DNA of 64,000 bases from Octopus vulgaris (GCA_951406725.2 OX597816.1:78678001-78742000), one strand, 5' to 3'. Counted from the stretch's first letter, positions 47,672 to 60,914 are shown. Made by a program: numbers and translations. The notes: a model not told the origin generated them from the sequence alone.

Positions 47672-50660
47672 ACTTGAAAAGGAAGTGAGAGTAGAGAGGC
47701 AAGTTTTGTCTAGCGAATGTTTTAAAAAAAGATGGGTGAATGTAGCAAGGATGGCACGTATGAATGACGAAGCCACCTTGAGCATAATCCTATGAACCCG
47801 GAAATTTAAAACATAGGGTTACCTACTTGCAAACAAATGTGGTAACATGTAACAATATTGATCGAGGTTACCGTGGTCTTTTCCGTAGGCTTTTCTTCCC
47901 ACGGATAAACCTTATCTGCTTCCCCCTTACACCTTACATCATGACACTGTGATACACGATCCCTGTTGATCGTTTTTTTCCTCTTTTGTCACCACGAAGC
48001 CAATGCGCAAGTCAAGCGTGACGCCGAAATAAAAGAGCAAGATTCCCTGCCACTAAACGTTGGACCTGACAGTTTGAACGACACTAACACCATCACCACC
48101 ACCACCACCACCACCACCACCATCAGCATCAACAACAGCAACAACAACAAAACCAAGGTCACAGCGCCAATTACCGTAACCACCACCAATGATTCCACCA
48201 TCAACACCAACACCACCACCATGGCAGCTTCTGCTACTACAACTGCTTCCTCTGCTAACGATATCACTACCAACAACAACACTAAAACCAAGGTCGCAAG
48301 GCCAATCACCGTCACCGCAACCAATGATTCCACCATCAACACCGACACCATCGTTAACAACGCTTACGACGTTGATTTCCCTACACTGCCTTCACAACAA
48401 TTTCATGAAGGAGGGGAAATGGAGAAAAGCAACACAGGCGCAAGTGTGAGCATGGACGCTAACACCGCCGCTACACAAAAACTGGTAAACAACCCGACTT
48501 CACAGTTATCTACTCCTACTACGAACGACTCTGCCACAAACATCACCACCAACACCACCACCACCACCATGACCCCCACCACCACCTCCACAAAAAACAC
48601 CACGAATTTCGAGGAAGCAATACGACCGAAAAGAAGAATCTTAAAATTTACTCATCAACAAATACAAGACACAAAGTCCTTGCTCACCAAAGAAGGCGAC
48701 ACAATACATTTAAATATTCCACGGAACATTTTAGAAGAAACACAAAAGAAGACCATCATCTACAAAATACTCAACACCAAAACAAAGAGACCAGAAAGCC
48801 CAGCTACAGAAAAGATTGAGAAGTGTCTCGCTTCTGTGTGGAAGTTCCGAAATTATGTGAATTGGGGGTGTAAATTTGCTACCGTGCAAGTTCGCTTCCA
48901 TACGGAAGAACTAGCAAAGAAGTTTTCCACTCTTACTCTGCGCACAGACCAAGTAACAATGGTACCTAGATATCTTGGGCGCAGAGTAACGAAAATAACA
49001 ATAAACAATGTGCCTCCAGAAGTGGATACCCAGTGGCTGGTATCGGCCATCTGCTTCGATATAGAAGAAGAAGATATTTTAAAAATCGCCGACATTCCAG
49101 AGGAAAGCTGAACTGATAAAAAGCTTGAAATATTGCTTCAAATCTCCCAAGAAGCAATAAACAATTTACCAACCAGTGTTCAACTGGCAAAAGACCAAAA
49201 ATTGTATGTAGTGGTGAAGGGCAGGAGGCCAAGATGCTATTTGTGCAACAGTGAGGCACACCTCAGATATGATTGCCCAACTGCTGCCAGAAATAGGCAA
49301 CAGCAACCACTCCCAAAACCTGGAAGAAAACCCCTGCTACCTACACCACCTTCAACACAAAAGACAGGAAAAACAGCAGATGATGCAAAAACTGTTTCCC
49401 CCTCACCAACCACATCACCAAGAAGAGAATCAACTCCATCACAATTACCTTCAACATCGCAACTAACTAGAGAAACAACACTACCACCATCAAAAGTCAG
49501 ACCAACACCAACACCAGCACCAAGAACAACAACCAAGAAAACAAATAACAATGACGAAAAGACAAATTCTGCCCCTAATACCCCAACAACACAAACACCA
49601 CACAAAACAACAACATCTTCTACAAACACACATATAGATGCAAACGCTTTGCCTTTACCCCCTTCTGATTTGTCAGACTTTTCGTTTAACGACGAAAGTT
49701 CGACAGAATGGCAAATAGCCACCGGGGGTAAAAGAAAAAGATAAAAAAAACAAACAAACAAGAAAATGCAACTAAAGCAGGTAGATATCTGTACCCTGAA
49801 AGCTCCTTACACAACCAAACCAGCACCAACACCACAAAAACACACACAATGTTATCAGCGATAGTCACCAAAGACTCAAAACTAATGGAGTACATCATAG
49901 CCCACACAAACATCTGTGAAGATGACTTCAAAACTAACAACCATCCACGCACTACACCCAAACACATCAAGATACTACACATCACACAAACACAACACCA
50001 CACACTCAAAGCCCTCTTTCCAAATGCGGTTGGGGGGTTCCAAAAGTATCTATCGAAAAAACTCTATAAAAACCTCCTCCAAGACACATCAAAGGACGAG
50101 GAAGCCAAAACTTTCGACACAAGTAAGTAACTCTCTGTACCTTCCTTTTTGTGTTTTAAAGCACACACCTCAATAGGATCATGGTCAAGATTGGTTGTGT
50201 GAATGCGCGTGGCTTGGGGTCTCCTTGGAAACAAGGGTACCTCCCAAATGACATCAAGTCACACTATTTGGGAATCATAGCCATAAGTGAGACCAGACTC
50301 CACGATCCACGGGCCCTAAAGTCTGGCGGACAGTTTAAACATTTATTTTTCTCCCTGACTGCCGAGGATGGGCGGTAGTGGCACCGCGGTACTTTTTTAC
50401 AAGGGCCTGGATCTCGAAGTCAAGACGATATTTGTAGACCGGGAGGGTAGACTGGTCGTCCTGGATGTCGACGGCAGCAATAGGTGCGCTTTTCGACTCG
50501 TATCAGTCTACGCACCGCTTTTAACAGGTCGGCCGGATTTCTTTTGACGTCTAGAAGTATTCCTGGGAACGTCTCGTCCTTTACTTTTAGTGGGGGATTG
50601 GAATGCTACCTTGGACATGCATCTAGACTATGTGGGGAGAGACAAAAACAGAAGGGGATG
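47672..50660 (+). mobile_element. Second Tx1-like LINE: a 3' fragment (47672-47965) joined to ORF1 and the APE start of another copy
   Basis: 47672-47965 resembles 47040-47340. ORF1 pieces 47966-50130 have a Thr-rich N-terminus, PRYLGRRVTKI and the CCHC knuckle CYLCNSEAHLRYDC. ORF2 starts MVKIGCVNARGL...ISETRL and stops after GDWNATLD. Confidence 0.88.
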
Positions 50661-51274
50661 CTCTTATTATTACTGTACTGAAATTGTTTTGCGAGGATGT
50701 GTGCTATTTTCTGTATGTTATATATATTTGTGTATCTTGGTGTTTTTACTATGTATTTGTCTGAATATTTTTTTTATTATACCTAATGCGCCTGTTATGA
50801 TTTGTCAAATTGCAGTGTTATTATACAACACAGATTCATGCCCTTTTGGGTTTTCATTCTTGGCTTTAAAAAAAGTTTTCAGAATATAGATTACAAGGAC
50901 AAGAACCTACGTACAGTGTAAGTCGAACAGTTTAATACTTTTGATTTATTTATCTATTTATTGTTTATTCATTTATGTATTTTCTGAGACTTCTTTTTTT
51001 CCAAAATAGTCATAGCTGTATGTTAAGAAGGTCGCTTTGTAACTACGTACTTTCGCGTTCAATATCACAGCTTGGGCACCTTGAGCAAGTGTTTCCTGCT
51101 GCTGCCCCGGGACGACCATTGCCTTGTGAGTGAATTTGATTGGCGGAAATTGTGTTGAAGCCCGTTGTATATATATATGTGTGTCTGTGTTGTATATATA
51201 TGTGTGACTTTGTCATTTATCCTTTCGGGGTCGATATGAGACAGGTACTGTCGAGGTAGCTGGTACTCTGACAC

Positions 51275-51715
51275 GTTATGCATTGCTTTACACCGAAAGC
51301 CAAACGGATGAACGTGCAACGTAGTCTAATTCGGGAACTTATATTTAATGAATTCCACCTGAGCCATAACGCTCTGGAAGTAACCAAAAATACTTGTTGT
51401 GTGAAAGGTGAATTCATGGTTGATCGCAGTACAGTAACCAGATGGTTCAAGAAATTTCGTTCGGTGTGCAAGAACGATCAGACAAGGTCAGGTAGGTCTA
51501 AAACCTTGGATTCCGAGGCCGTGCATCAAATCATAGAGGCGAATCCAGCGAGTAGCACTCAGAGAGTAGCAGGCGAGCTCGGCATCTCACGGATGTATAC
51601 CATTGTGACACGAAAATACCCGGCGTTGGTTAACAGAAAGTGAGCTCTTCTGCAGCAAGACAACGCAAGACCTCATAGCGCTCGAACAACTCGGAAACAA
51701 CTCCAGGAACTTGAA
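51275..51715 (+). mobile_element. Mariner transposase remnant, internally deleted
   Basis: HTH VDRSTVTRWFKKFRS...RSGR...SSTQRVAGELGIS joined to KYPALVNRK*ALLQQDNARPHSA. Confidence 0.8.
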
Positions 51716-52439
51716 CTAATGATACACTCACAAATTTTGGGCCTTGTATCTGTAGTAGAAAGGATTATACCTAGACATAAACACAGACATTAATATAGGC
51801 TCGGCTGTGTGGTAAGAAATTTGCTTCCCAATCATATGGGCCCAGGTTCAGCCCCACAGCGTGATACTACTTTGGGCAAGTATTTTCTATTATAGTACAT
51901 GGCCGACCAAAACTTTTGTGAGTGGATTTGACAGAGAGACACCGAAATAAGCCTTTCGTTTACGTATATGTACGTATGTGTGTGTGCGTGTGTGGGTGTG
52001 TGGGTGTGTGTACAAAAATCTCATATAATGGCCTACGTAAAGCCCATATTACTCATGATATTGTATTATATGTATCACAGTATTTGTCATTCCAAACCAC
52101 TCCTAGATATGACTTTTAAACACACTGTAACTGACTGCATTTCTCTGAAAAATGGGTGTTCGACTTCAATTGTTAGAAAACATGACATATTCAGTATTTT
52201 TATGAGCATCCGGGAAGGCGGCGAGCTGGTAGAAACGTTAGCACGCCGGGCAACATGCGTAGCCGCATTTTGTCTGCCGTTACGTTCTGAGTTCAAATTC
52301 CGCCGAGGTCGACTTTGCCTTTCATCCTTTCGGTGTCGATTAAATAAGTACCAGTTACGCACTGGGGTCGATATAATCGACTCACTCCCTTCCCCAAAAA
52401 TTTTCAAGGCTTGTGACTAGAGTAGAAATAATTACTGGC

Positions 52440-53200
52440 ATCCGGAGGCTGGTTTGACTACTTTGCATGGCCAATTTTGGAGAGCTGCTGGAGACGTGTG
52501 TAGAACAAAATCCTGGGCTTGGTTAAAAAAGAGACAATTACAAAAAAGCTTCAGAGAGCCTAATTGTAGAAGCCCAAGATCAAGCAATAAAAACAAACAA
52601 TTTGAGAAAAAATATATATGGAGAGAATGTGTCAGAAAAATGTAGAGCTTATGGAACTTGGGATGAGACAGTGACACACATTGTGACAAAATGCCTGAAA
52701 TTAGCACGAGAAGAATATAAGAAATGGAGGTATGACCAGGTTGTAAAAGTTTTACACTGGAAACTGTGACAGAAATGGGGATTTGAAGCAGGAAACACAT
52801 GGCACAACAATCGAGTCGAAAGAGTACTGGAGTCGGAGAAACGTAAAATTTTGTGGGACTTTCCTAATGAAACGGATTAGAAGTTAGAAAATGATAGACC
52901 AGAAAACAATTATAGATAAGGAAAAGCGAACTTGTTTACTTATGCAAGTTTGATTCCAGAATCATAAAGAAAGAGGACGAAAAGAAAAATACAATGCTTT
53001 AGAATTTGAAACAGGAAGAATTTGGAGCATGCAAACAATAAAGGTAGTGCCTATAATAATCGGTGCGTTGGGAAAGGTAAGCAAAGATATAGACAAATGG
53101 CTGAAAACGGTTGCAATATGCCCGACAGAGCTCCTATAGAAAGTTTGTGTATTCTTAGGAACAGCAAGAATTATCAGAAGGGTCCTAAGAACTTGAAAGA
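52440..53200 (+). mobile_element. R4/Dong-like LINE C-terminal fragment, decayed
   Basis: LHGQFWR...KSWAWLK, ETVTHIVTKC, KILWDF, RPE and VVPIIIGALG. Confidence 0.75.
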
Positions 53201-53528
53201 TTGCTGAAAACTTGTGGATATCTAAGGTTGCAGGTAATACCCCTTACCCACATAAATCCTACCAGGAATAAGACCGAACTCGAGCCAGACCAAAATAATA
53301 ATGATAATCCTTTCTACTAAAGGCACAAGGTCTGTAATTTGGGGTAGGGGGAAAATCGATTTCATCGACCCCAGTGTTTCACTAGTACTCAATTTATCGA
53401 CCCCGAAAGGATGAAAGCAAACTCGACCCCGAAAGGATGAAAGCAAACTCGACCCCGGCACAATTTGAACTTAAAATGTAAAGACGGTCGAAATGCCATT
53501 AAGCATTTTGCCTGTGTGCTGACGTTTC

Positions 53529-53563
<35 letters not shown>

Positions 53564-53566
<3 letters not shown>

Positions 53567-54010
53567 TCTTTATTGGCTACAAGAGCCCAGACAAAAACAA
53601 AAGGACATTATACAAAACAAACAAGGGACGGTGGGGTTTAGACGATGCGTGTAAATAGTAAACAAAAACTTTTAATAGAATTCAAACAATTAAGTTCCCA
53701 ATCGGGGTGAAATCCAGACAGAAGCGTCCAAGGAAAGCCCGCACACCATCGATACCCCGATCACACAGGACACCTCAAGCAAACACCCCCCTTCTCTTCA
53801 CTCTCCCTAGCCTACAAGTGCATCCTTAGTGTAGGCCCATCCTCGCTACATTCACCCACCTTTCAACGAAGTTACTGGGTGACAGTACCTCCCTCTCCAC
53901 CCTCACCTTTCTTTTCAGGTGGAACCCCAAAAAGTTAATGAGTCTTTGGCCGAAGAGGAAAATGCCTGTTTTCAACTCTTTCAGACGCGTTCACCACACA
54001 ACCGCTTTCG
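53564..54010 (-). mobile_element. 3' fragment of a Tx1-like LINE ending in (TTA)n
   Basis: Minus strand ends gtagccaataaagaaagt(att)n; the body resembles 28480-28640. Confidence 0.75.
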
Positions 54011-54011
54011 C

Positions 54012-55665
54012 CATAGCCGCGGGCTGCTTTGTGTCCCATTTAATATTCTCATGCGGCCCACTAGCAATTCAAATTCTAATTCTTTGTGTTATTTTCTAGT
54101 TATATTTTCATTTACTTTGATAATTTATGATGAGAAAATTATTCTCAGCGTGTGCTATTTTGAACGGACCAATGAAAACCTCAATAGAGGGAGGTAAAAA
54201 GAGGGAAGCCGTGGGGTTTATGACGTAGAATGGCTGACTTTACGTAGAGTCAGCCATTTTGTTGATGCATAATTAACAGCAATTGTTTCAGTTTCAAATC
54301 TTTTGCGGTCGGATCAATATTGATTGTGTTATTTCCTAACCTTGTTTACAATGTCAAGTGATAGTGACTTCAATGGTACTTCAGTGTTTCTAGTCTAGGT
54401 TAAGCCTAATATTAATGCTTTATGCAGAGGATCCTATTTACTCTTTATTTGTTTCTGATTTCTGGAACATTAATATCAGCATGATTACGTAATAATTTTA
54501 ATTGCTAATTTTAGTAACCTATTATTTAGTCATGGCATCTGATACTAAAAAGAGGAACAGACAGAAAAATATTTCGTAATTGAAACATGCAATAATATTA
54601 TCTACCTCATATGTAATGATAAAATTGCAGTATGCAAGGAATATGATATTAAGCGTCATTATGCTGCCAAATATGAGTCACAATATAATGAATTAGACGG
54701 AGAAAGATGGAAAATGAAAATAGATGAATTGAAGAAGAAACTTAGTTAACATCAAAACAATTTTAAAAAACATGTTGAGAAAACTGGTACATGTACAAAA
54801 GTTAGTTATTTAATAGCTGAAATATTGACTCAGAATGGTAAGCCACTGATAGATGGCAAATTAATAAAATAATGTATTGTAATTGCTTTTAATGAATATT
54901 TCCCCGAGGTGAACTTATTCAATGAAACGAGTCTGTCGTATCAAAAGAATTGATGACTTAGCTGACAGTGTTGTGGGTATATTGCAGACTCAACTAGCTA
55001 AATGTGTTCATTACAGTTTAGCATTGGTTGAAAGTACTGATCAAAGTGACACTGTACAATTGGTTATTTTCATCAGAGGAATGTCAATTTTAATATCATT
55101 AAAGAAATATTAGACGTGTGTCATATGAAGGGTGCAACAACTGGCAGGGACATAACTGAGCATGTTAATTTATCATTAAAAAAGTTAAATGTTCATAGAA
55201 ATAAAATTAATTGATGGTGCTCCTGCATGAGTTTATTACTTTATTCAAAGAAATGGTTGATCATGGTATACTTAGCTATCATTGCTTGATTATGTGCTAA
55301 AAAAATTAAATATGAAACAGTTGATAACAGATATTGTGAACGTTGTTAATTTTATCAGATCCCGGGGCTTGAATCATCGTACATTCAAAGTATACTTGCT
55401 AGAAGTCGGCAGTGAGTATGAAGACGTTATTTATTTCTCAAAAATCAGACGGCTCAGTAAAATAGCAACTTTGAACAGATTTCAGTAATTGTTGCTTGAA
55501 ATGAAACAGTTCATGCAAAACAAAACAAAGTGTATATTTTTTAACAAATGAAGAATGGTTGAATGATCTGTCTTTCTTAGTAGATATCACCGAAATGATA
55601 GCTGAGTTTAATTTGCATTTACAAGGAAAAGACCATTTATGTAGTCCAATGTTTGAACGAATAAG
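54012..55665 (+). mobile_element. hAT (SPIN/GTF2IRD2-like) transposase remnant
   Basis: LICNDKIAVCKEYDIKRHY, YSLALVESTDQSDTVQLVIFIRG, KGATTGRDI, DGAPA, VVNFIRSRGLNHRTFK and WLNDLSFLVDIT...NLHLQGK; many stops. Confidence 0.85.
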
Positions 55666-56147
55666 TTTTACTAAGAACTCCGTCAGATCACAACTATGTA
55701 GGACGTACCCCTTTGAGAATACTATATGCACCATTGATAACTGCATGGTATGTAGGATTAGCCCTTGCATTAACTGTAGAACTCGAAATATAGTTTACAG
55801 CATAAGATGCATAGAAGGTGCTTGTAAAGACATGAACATGGCGTACATAGGGGAGACATCTAGAAGCATTGCGGAGCGACTAAATGAACATCTGAGACAA
55901 TATGACGACAAAAAACAGTCCTCCATACTCTACCAACATGCCAAAGACCACCATGGAGACAACTTGGATCAACTTGACATCCGCATCTTATCCAAGCACA
56001 AATACGGGAGTACGTCCTTATAAATGAAATTTTCCCAATACTAAATAGGAAATATACATAGTAGATATCATATTTCCATACCCACAGTTTACACAGGTAG
56101 AGTAGAATAGTTAGTGGGCTATTGTGTAGGTAGATGTATGTATGTGT

Positions 56148-56210
<63 letters not shown>

Positions 56211-56960
56211 CACATGTATGTAAGCATATGGATATGAAAATAAACAGATCAACATACAGACGGATAGGTACATAGGTTATATGAACAGACAAGCACACAT
56301 ACGAAAATAGAGACTGAAACACATGACCATATATACACATACACTTTACTCCACACAAGGACACATATGGAGACACGTGTCCACACATATAGAGATGCAC
56401 ATCCATACATACAAACATGGTACATAGTTGCAAAACACACACACACACAGACATGCACACACAAGGAGAGAGAGAGAGGTGCATACATATACAAACACAA
56501 GCTCTCACACACATACAAAAAAAATACACAAACACGGACATGCAAGCACATGAATATGCAGAATACATACATACAGATGCACACACACATACATATATAC
56601 ATATGCATACACATACATGTATACATACACACATGCATACATACATACATACATACATACATACATACATACATACATACATACATACATACGTACATGC
56701 ATGCTTGCATAGGCTTTCACACAAGCTGATCCACACACATGCGCACAAACAAACAAAAAAGAACGCCGTGTAAATAACGGACAGAGTCAAGACTATTGAA
56801 AAGGTTGCAAGACGCAACGAAAATTTTAGGAAAATCAAAATAAGAAATAAATGGAAATTTTACCGGTGAGTGTGTTAAATTATAAGGCACAAAAAGAAAA
56901 TTACTCTCCCCAGACACAACAGAATATGCTTCAACACACGAACTCACATAAAGAATCTTG
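55666..56960 (+). mobile_element. Penelope-like 3' portion: GIY-YIG, TG/CA-rich spacer, hammerhead-like terminus
   Basis: CMVC..CINCRTRNIVYSIRC...YIGETSRSIAERLNEH...HAKDHH, ending PILNRK; microsatellite spacer at 56130-56760. Confidence 0.8.
56793..56829 (+). ncRNA. Hammerhead-like motif with U3:A8 core variant
   Basis: CTA TTGAAAA G GTTGC aagac GCAAC GAAA ATTT TAG. Stem I CTA/TAG, 5-bp stem II, palindromic AATT. Confidence 0.6.
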
Positions 56961-57164
56961 CAAACCAAATCCAAAAACGAAATAAGAAATTAGAACTTTT
57001 CATAATACAATTGAAGGGTAGAGAAATTGTACATTTTCAGAATTTATCTAAAAGACAAGAAGAATTTCTTGTGAACTTTGAAAAATACACTAAATTATTA
57101 AAAGCTTTGTTAGATCTTACAACCAGATTTGCCAGTGCTTGAAGATAATCACATCTCACTCCTC

Positions 57165-57696
57165 TAGAACTTCACCATTCAAACTGACAGAAAGATAGAT
57201 GCGAATAAGCCAGACATTATATTGAAAGACTTCAGACAAAAATCATGCCTCCTCATTGCTATGACTATCCAAATTGACATAAATGTATCTGTTAAGACCT
57301 ACTAAAAACTGAGCAAGTATTAAGAACTTGAAACAGAAATTGGCAAAATGTGGAACCTCAAGACTAAAACAATACCTGTTGTAATAGGTGCCCTAGGAAT
57401 GATAGCAAAAGGGGCTAATTGCTACCTAGCTCAGATACCAAAAAACCCCAAAATGGCAGAAATTCAAAAGATAGTGCCCATGGGAACTGCACATATCCTT
57501 CGTAAAATACTGTCTATCTAATCTCAAAATTTAAAGCAAACTCATAATTTTCTTATGTTTTTTTTAAACATTCTGTAGAATAATACTATGTACAAAACCA
57601 AGTATATGACACCCTAAGTATAACACCAACATGAACTTCTAACTGGGTGAAACTTGGAGCCGACTTGTACAAATAGAAAGCAAAAGTCAACATATA

Positions 57697-57759
<63 letters not shown>

Positions 57760-57760
57760 T
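57165..57760 (+). mobile_element. R4/Dong-like LINE endonuclease end with (TTA)n tail
   Basis: IQTDRKIDANKPDIILKD...CLLI...KY.ELETEIGKMWNLKTKTIPVVIGALG...GTAHILRKILS. Confidence 0.85.
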
Positions 57761-57862
57761 CTATTCGAGGCACAAGACCTTGAAAATTTTGGGGGAACTT
57801 ATTTCGTCGACCCCGAAAGGATGAAAGGTAAAGACGACTTCGGCAGAATAATAATGATATTG

Positions 57863-57932
<70 letters not shown>

Positions 57933-59273
57933 TCCTTTCTACTAATGGCATAAGGCCTGAAATCCTGGGGAGGGGAAGGGGACCAGTCAATTACATCGAA
58001 TCCAGTGTTTCACTGGTACTTCATTTATCGATCCTGAAATGATGAAAGGCAAAGTCGACCTCGGCGGAATTTGAACTCAGAATATGCAGAATAGTAGTAG
58101 TAATTCACAATTAGAAGAACATGATGCGATATGTAAGAAAAACACAGATCAATTTTGTTCAACATCTATACTTCGTTCCCATTTCTATCTTCTGTTACTT
58201 AATCTCCCCCGTTTTTCTTTGCTTTTTTTGTTTCCTAGGTGTGGTAGTTATGTTTTTCTCGATAATTTGTTCTTTTATACGTTTAATGTTTCTTTTTTCC
58301 TTACTTCCTGTAAAATATGTCGGTAATAAAAGAAGCGCTTAGAATTTTAATTTTAAGTACTTCAACAGTACATCTGTCTTCCTCAGGTTCAAAATATGAC
58401 AAGAATAATCTTTTCTACTCTAGGCACAATGCCCGAAATTTTGGGGGAGAGGCCAGTCGATTAGATGGACCTCAGTACGCAACTGGTACTTAATTTATCG
58501 ACCTCGAAAGAATGAAAGGCAAAGTCGACCTCGGCGGAATTTGAACTCAGAACGTAGCAGTAGACGAAATACCTATTTCTTTACTACCCACAAAGGGCTA
58601 AACACAGAGAGAACAAAAAAGGACAGACAAACGGATTAAGTCGATTATATCGACCCCAGTGCGTAACTGGTACTTATTTAATCGACCCTGAAAGGATGAA
58701 AAGCAAAGTCGACCTCGCGGAATTTGAACCCAGAACGTAGAGACAGACGAAATACCGCTAAGCATTTCGCCCGGCGTGCTAACGATTCTGCCGGCTCGCC
58801 ACCTTAAAATATGACAAGAATAATGAAAATGAAAAATAAGGTGTAATGCAGAAATTGAAAATATTTGGACTATTTTACGTTTCTTCCTAGACAAAAAAAA
58901 ATCACGTTTTGCTTGTTTGTAACTAGTTAAGCAAAAAAATAATATAAAATAAATAAATAATAAATAAATAATAAATAAAATAAAAAGAAAAGGGAAAAGA
59001 GAATAAAGAGACAAAACATATTGCATAAATCTAATGGAACTCTTCTGTCATATTTTCATCCCTCCAAGGCATGACGCTAGTAACACACAAAGATATAAGT
59101 ATGACAACCGATGGTGGTGTGTTTACGACCCCGTAACTTAGCGGTTCGGCAAAAGAGACCGATAGAATATCTACTAGGCTTACAAAGAGTAAGTCCTAGG
59201 ATCGATTTGCTCGACTAAAGGCGGAGCTCCAGCATGGCCACAGAAACAAGTAACAGAGTTAAGAGTAAAAGAG

Positions 59274-59316
<43 letters not shown>

Positions 59317-59321
59317 GAAGG

Positions 59322-59372
59322 AGCTTCTACAGGACTAGAACTGTTTCATTCAAGAGAAATCTTCAGGAAGCT
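59322..59372 (-). ncRNA. Type I hammerhead ribozyme with canonical core, at the end of an inverted Penelope terminal repeat
   Basis: Minus strand AGCTTC CTGAAGA tTTC tctt GAAt GAA ACAG ttctagtc CTGT A GAAGCT. 6-bp stem I, 4-bp stem III with 8-nt loop, GUA triplet; followed by (TA)n. Confidence 0.85.
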
Positions 59373-59594
59373 AGTTAACAAGAATTGTGTTGGCATTTAT
59401 ACATTTAGGCAGGTTTATAGGGGTGGTGGTGGGGGACTTTTTGGGAGTAGGCATAGCGCAAAAATCATACTTGCGGGAGTGGTCAAGGAGTCAGTGGTAA
59501 ATTAGATAGAAGAACAAATAAAAGAATAAAAAAAGAATAAAAAAATATAAAATTATATAGAAGAATAGAGTTTTAGGTAAATAAGGAAATTCTC

Positions 59595-59637
59595 AACACA
59601 CACACATATACATACACACATACATACACACACACCC

Positions 59638-59672
<35 letters not shown>

Positions 59673-59688
59673 TATACATACATATATC

Positions 59689-59732
<44 letters not shown>

Positions 59733-59942
59733 CATACATACGCATATACATGCATATACATATACACACACACATGTATATATACACACACACGACAACA
59801 CATACACATACACACAAAAAAATATATACATACACACACATACACATACTCACATACACACAGATATCCACATACACACATGCACACGCAACACACAAGT
59901 CCCTATATACTCATATATACATATGCACATATATGTATGCAT

Positions 59943-59977
<35 letters not shown>

Positions 59978-60515
59978 CACACATATGTGTACCCATTCAT
60001 ACACATATATGTATGTATACACACACACCCACATACACATACATACACATACATACATACATATGTGTACCTATTCATACCTACACATACACACATATAT
60101 ACATACAATTACAAACCCATTCCCTAAATTTAATTTTATTATCTTCATTTATTACTTTTGTTATCTTTGACCGCTGGTCACAAACATCTTGGCTAGTCCC
60201 TTTTATCTTTCTACTAGAGCACAAGCACTCACTCACGCACGGACACTCATTAGCACGCACACACACTCTCATTCGTACACTCATACACATACACGCACGC
60301 ACGCGTTATATTCATACATACATACATCTACATACATACACGTATATACACATACATACGCGTACCTACAGATTCATGTCTACAATCTTAGAAGACTAGT
60401 CTATACATATACACCAAATATATATACACACATACATATACACCTACATACAAATACATACATACATATATATACACACATATATATATATACATACACA
60501 TATACACATACACAC

Positions 60516-60546
<31 letters not shown>

Positions 60547-60725
60547 CACATATATACATATATATACATATACATATATATATACACACATCCGCATACA
60601 TACATACATACATACACCCATACATACATACATATATACACACATACACACACCCACACGTATACATATACATACATATACGCGCATGCATACACATACA
60701 AATACATACACATACACATATACAT

Positions 60726-60768
<43 letters not shown>

Positions 60769-60855
60769 CATACATATACATACATACATATACATATATA
60801 CACACACACTTACATACACATATACACATACACGCACATACACATATACATGCAT

Positions 60856-60914
<59 letters not shown>

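Noticed and set aside
47966-49111. Thr-rich 381-aa ORF resembling a mucin
   Set aside because: Its C-terminal half is homologous to the Tx1-like ORF1 at 42025-42952 and it is followed by a zinc knuckle and APE start, so it is LINE ORF1.
55559-56023. Apparent hAT transposase / GIY-YIG fusion gene
   Set aside because: The upstream transposase is full of stops and the endonuclease is a truncated Penelope piece; the in-frame junction is best explained as a chance insertion boundary.
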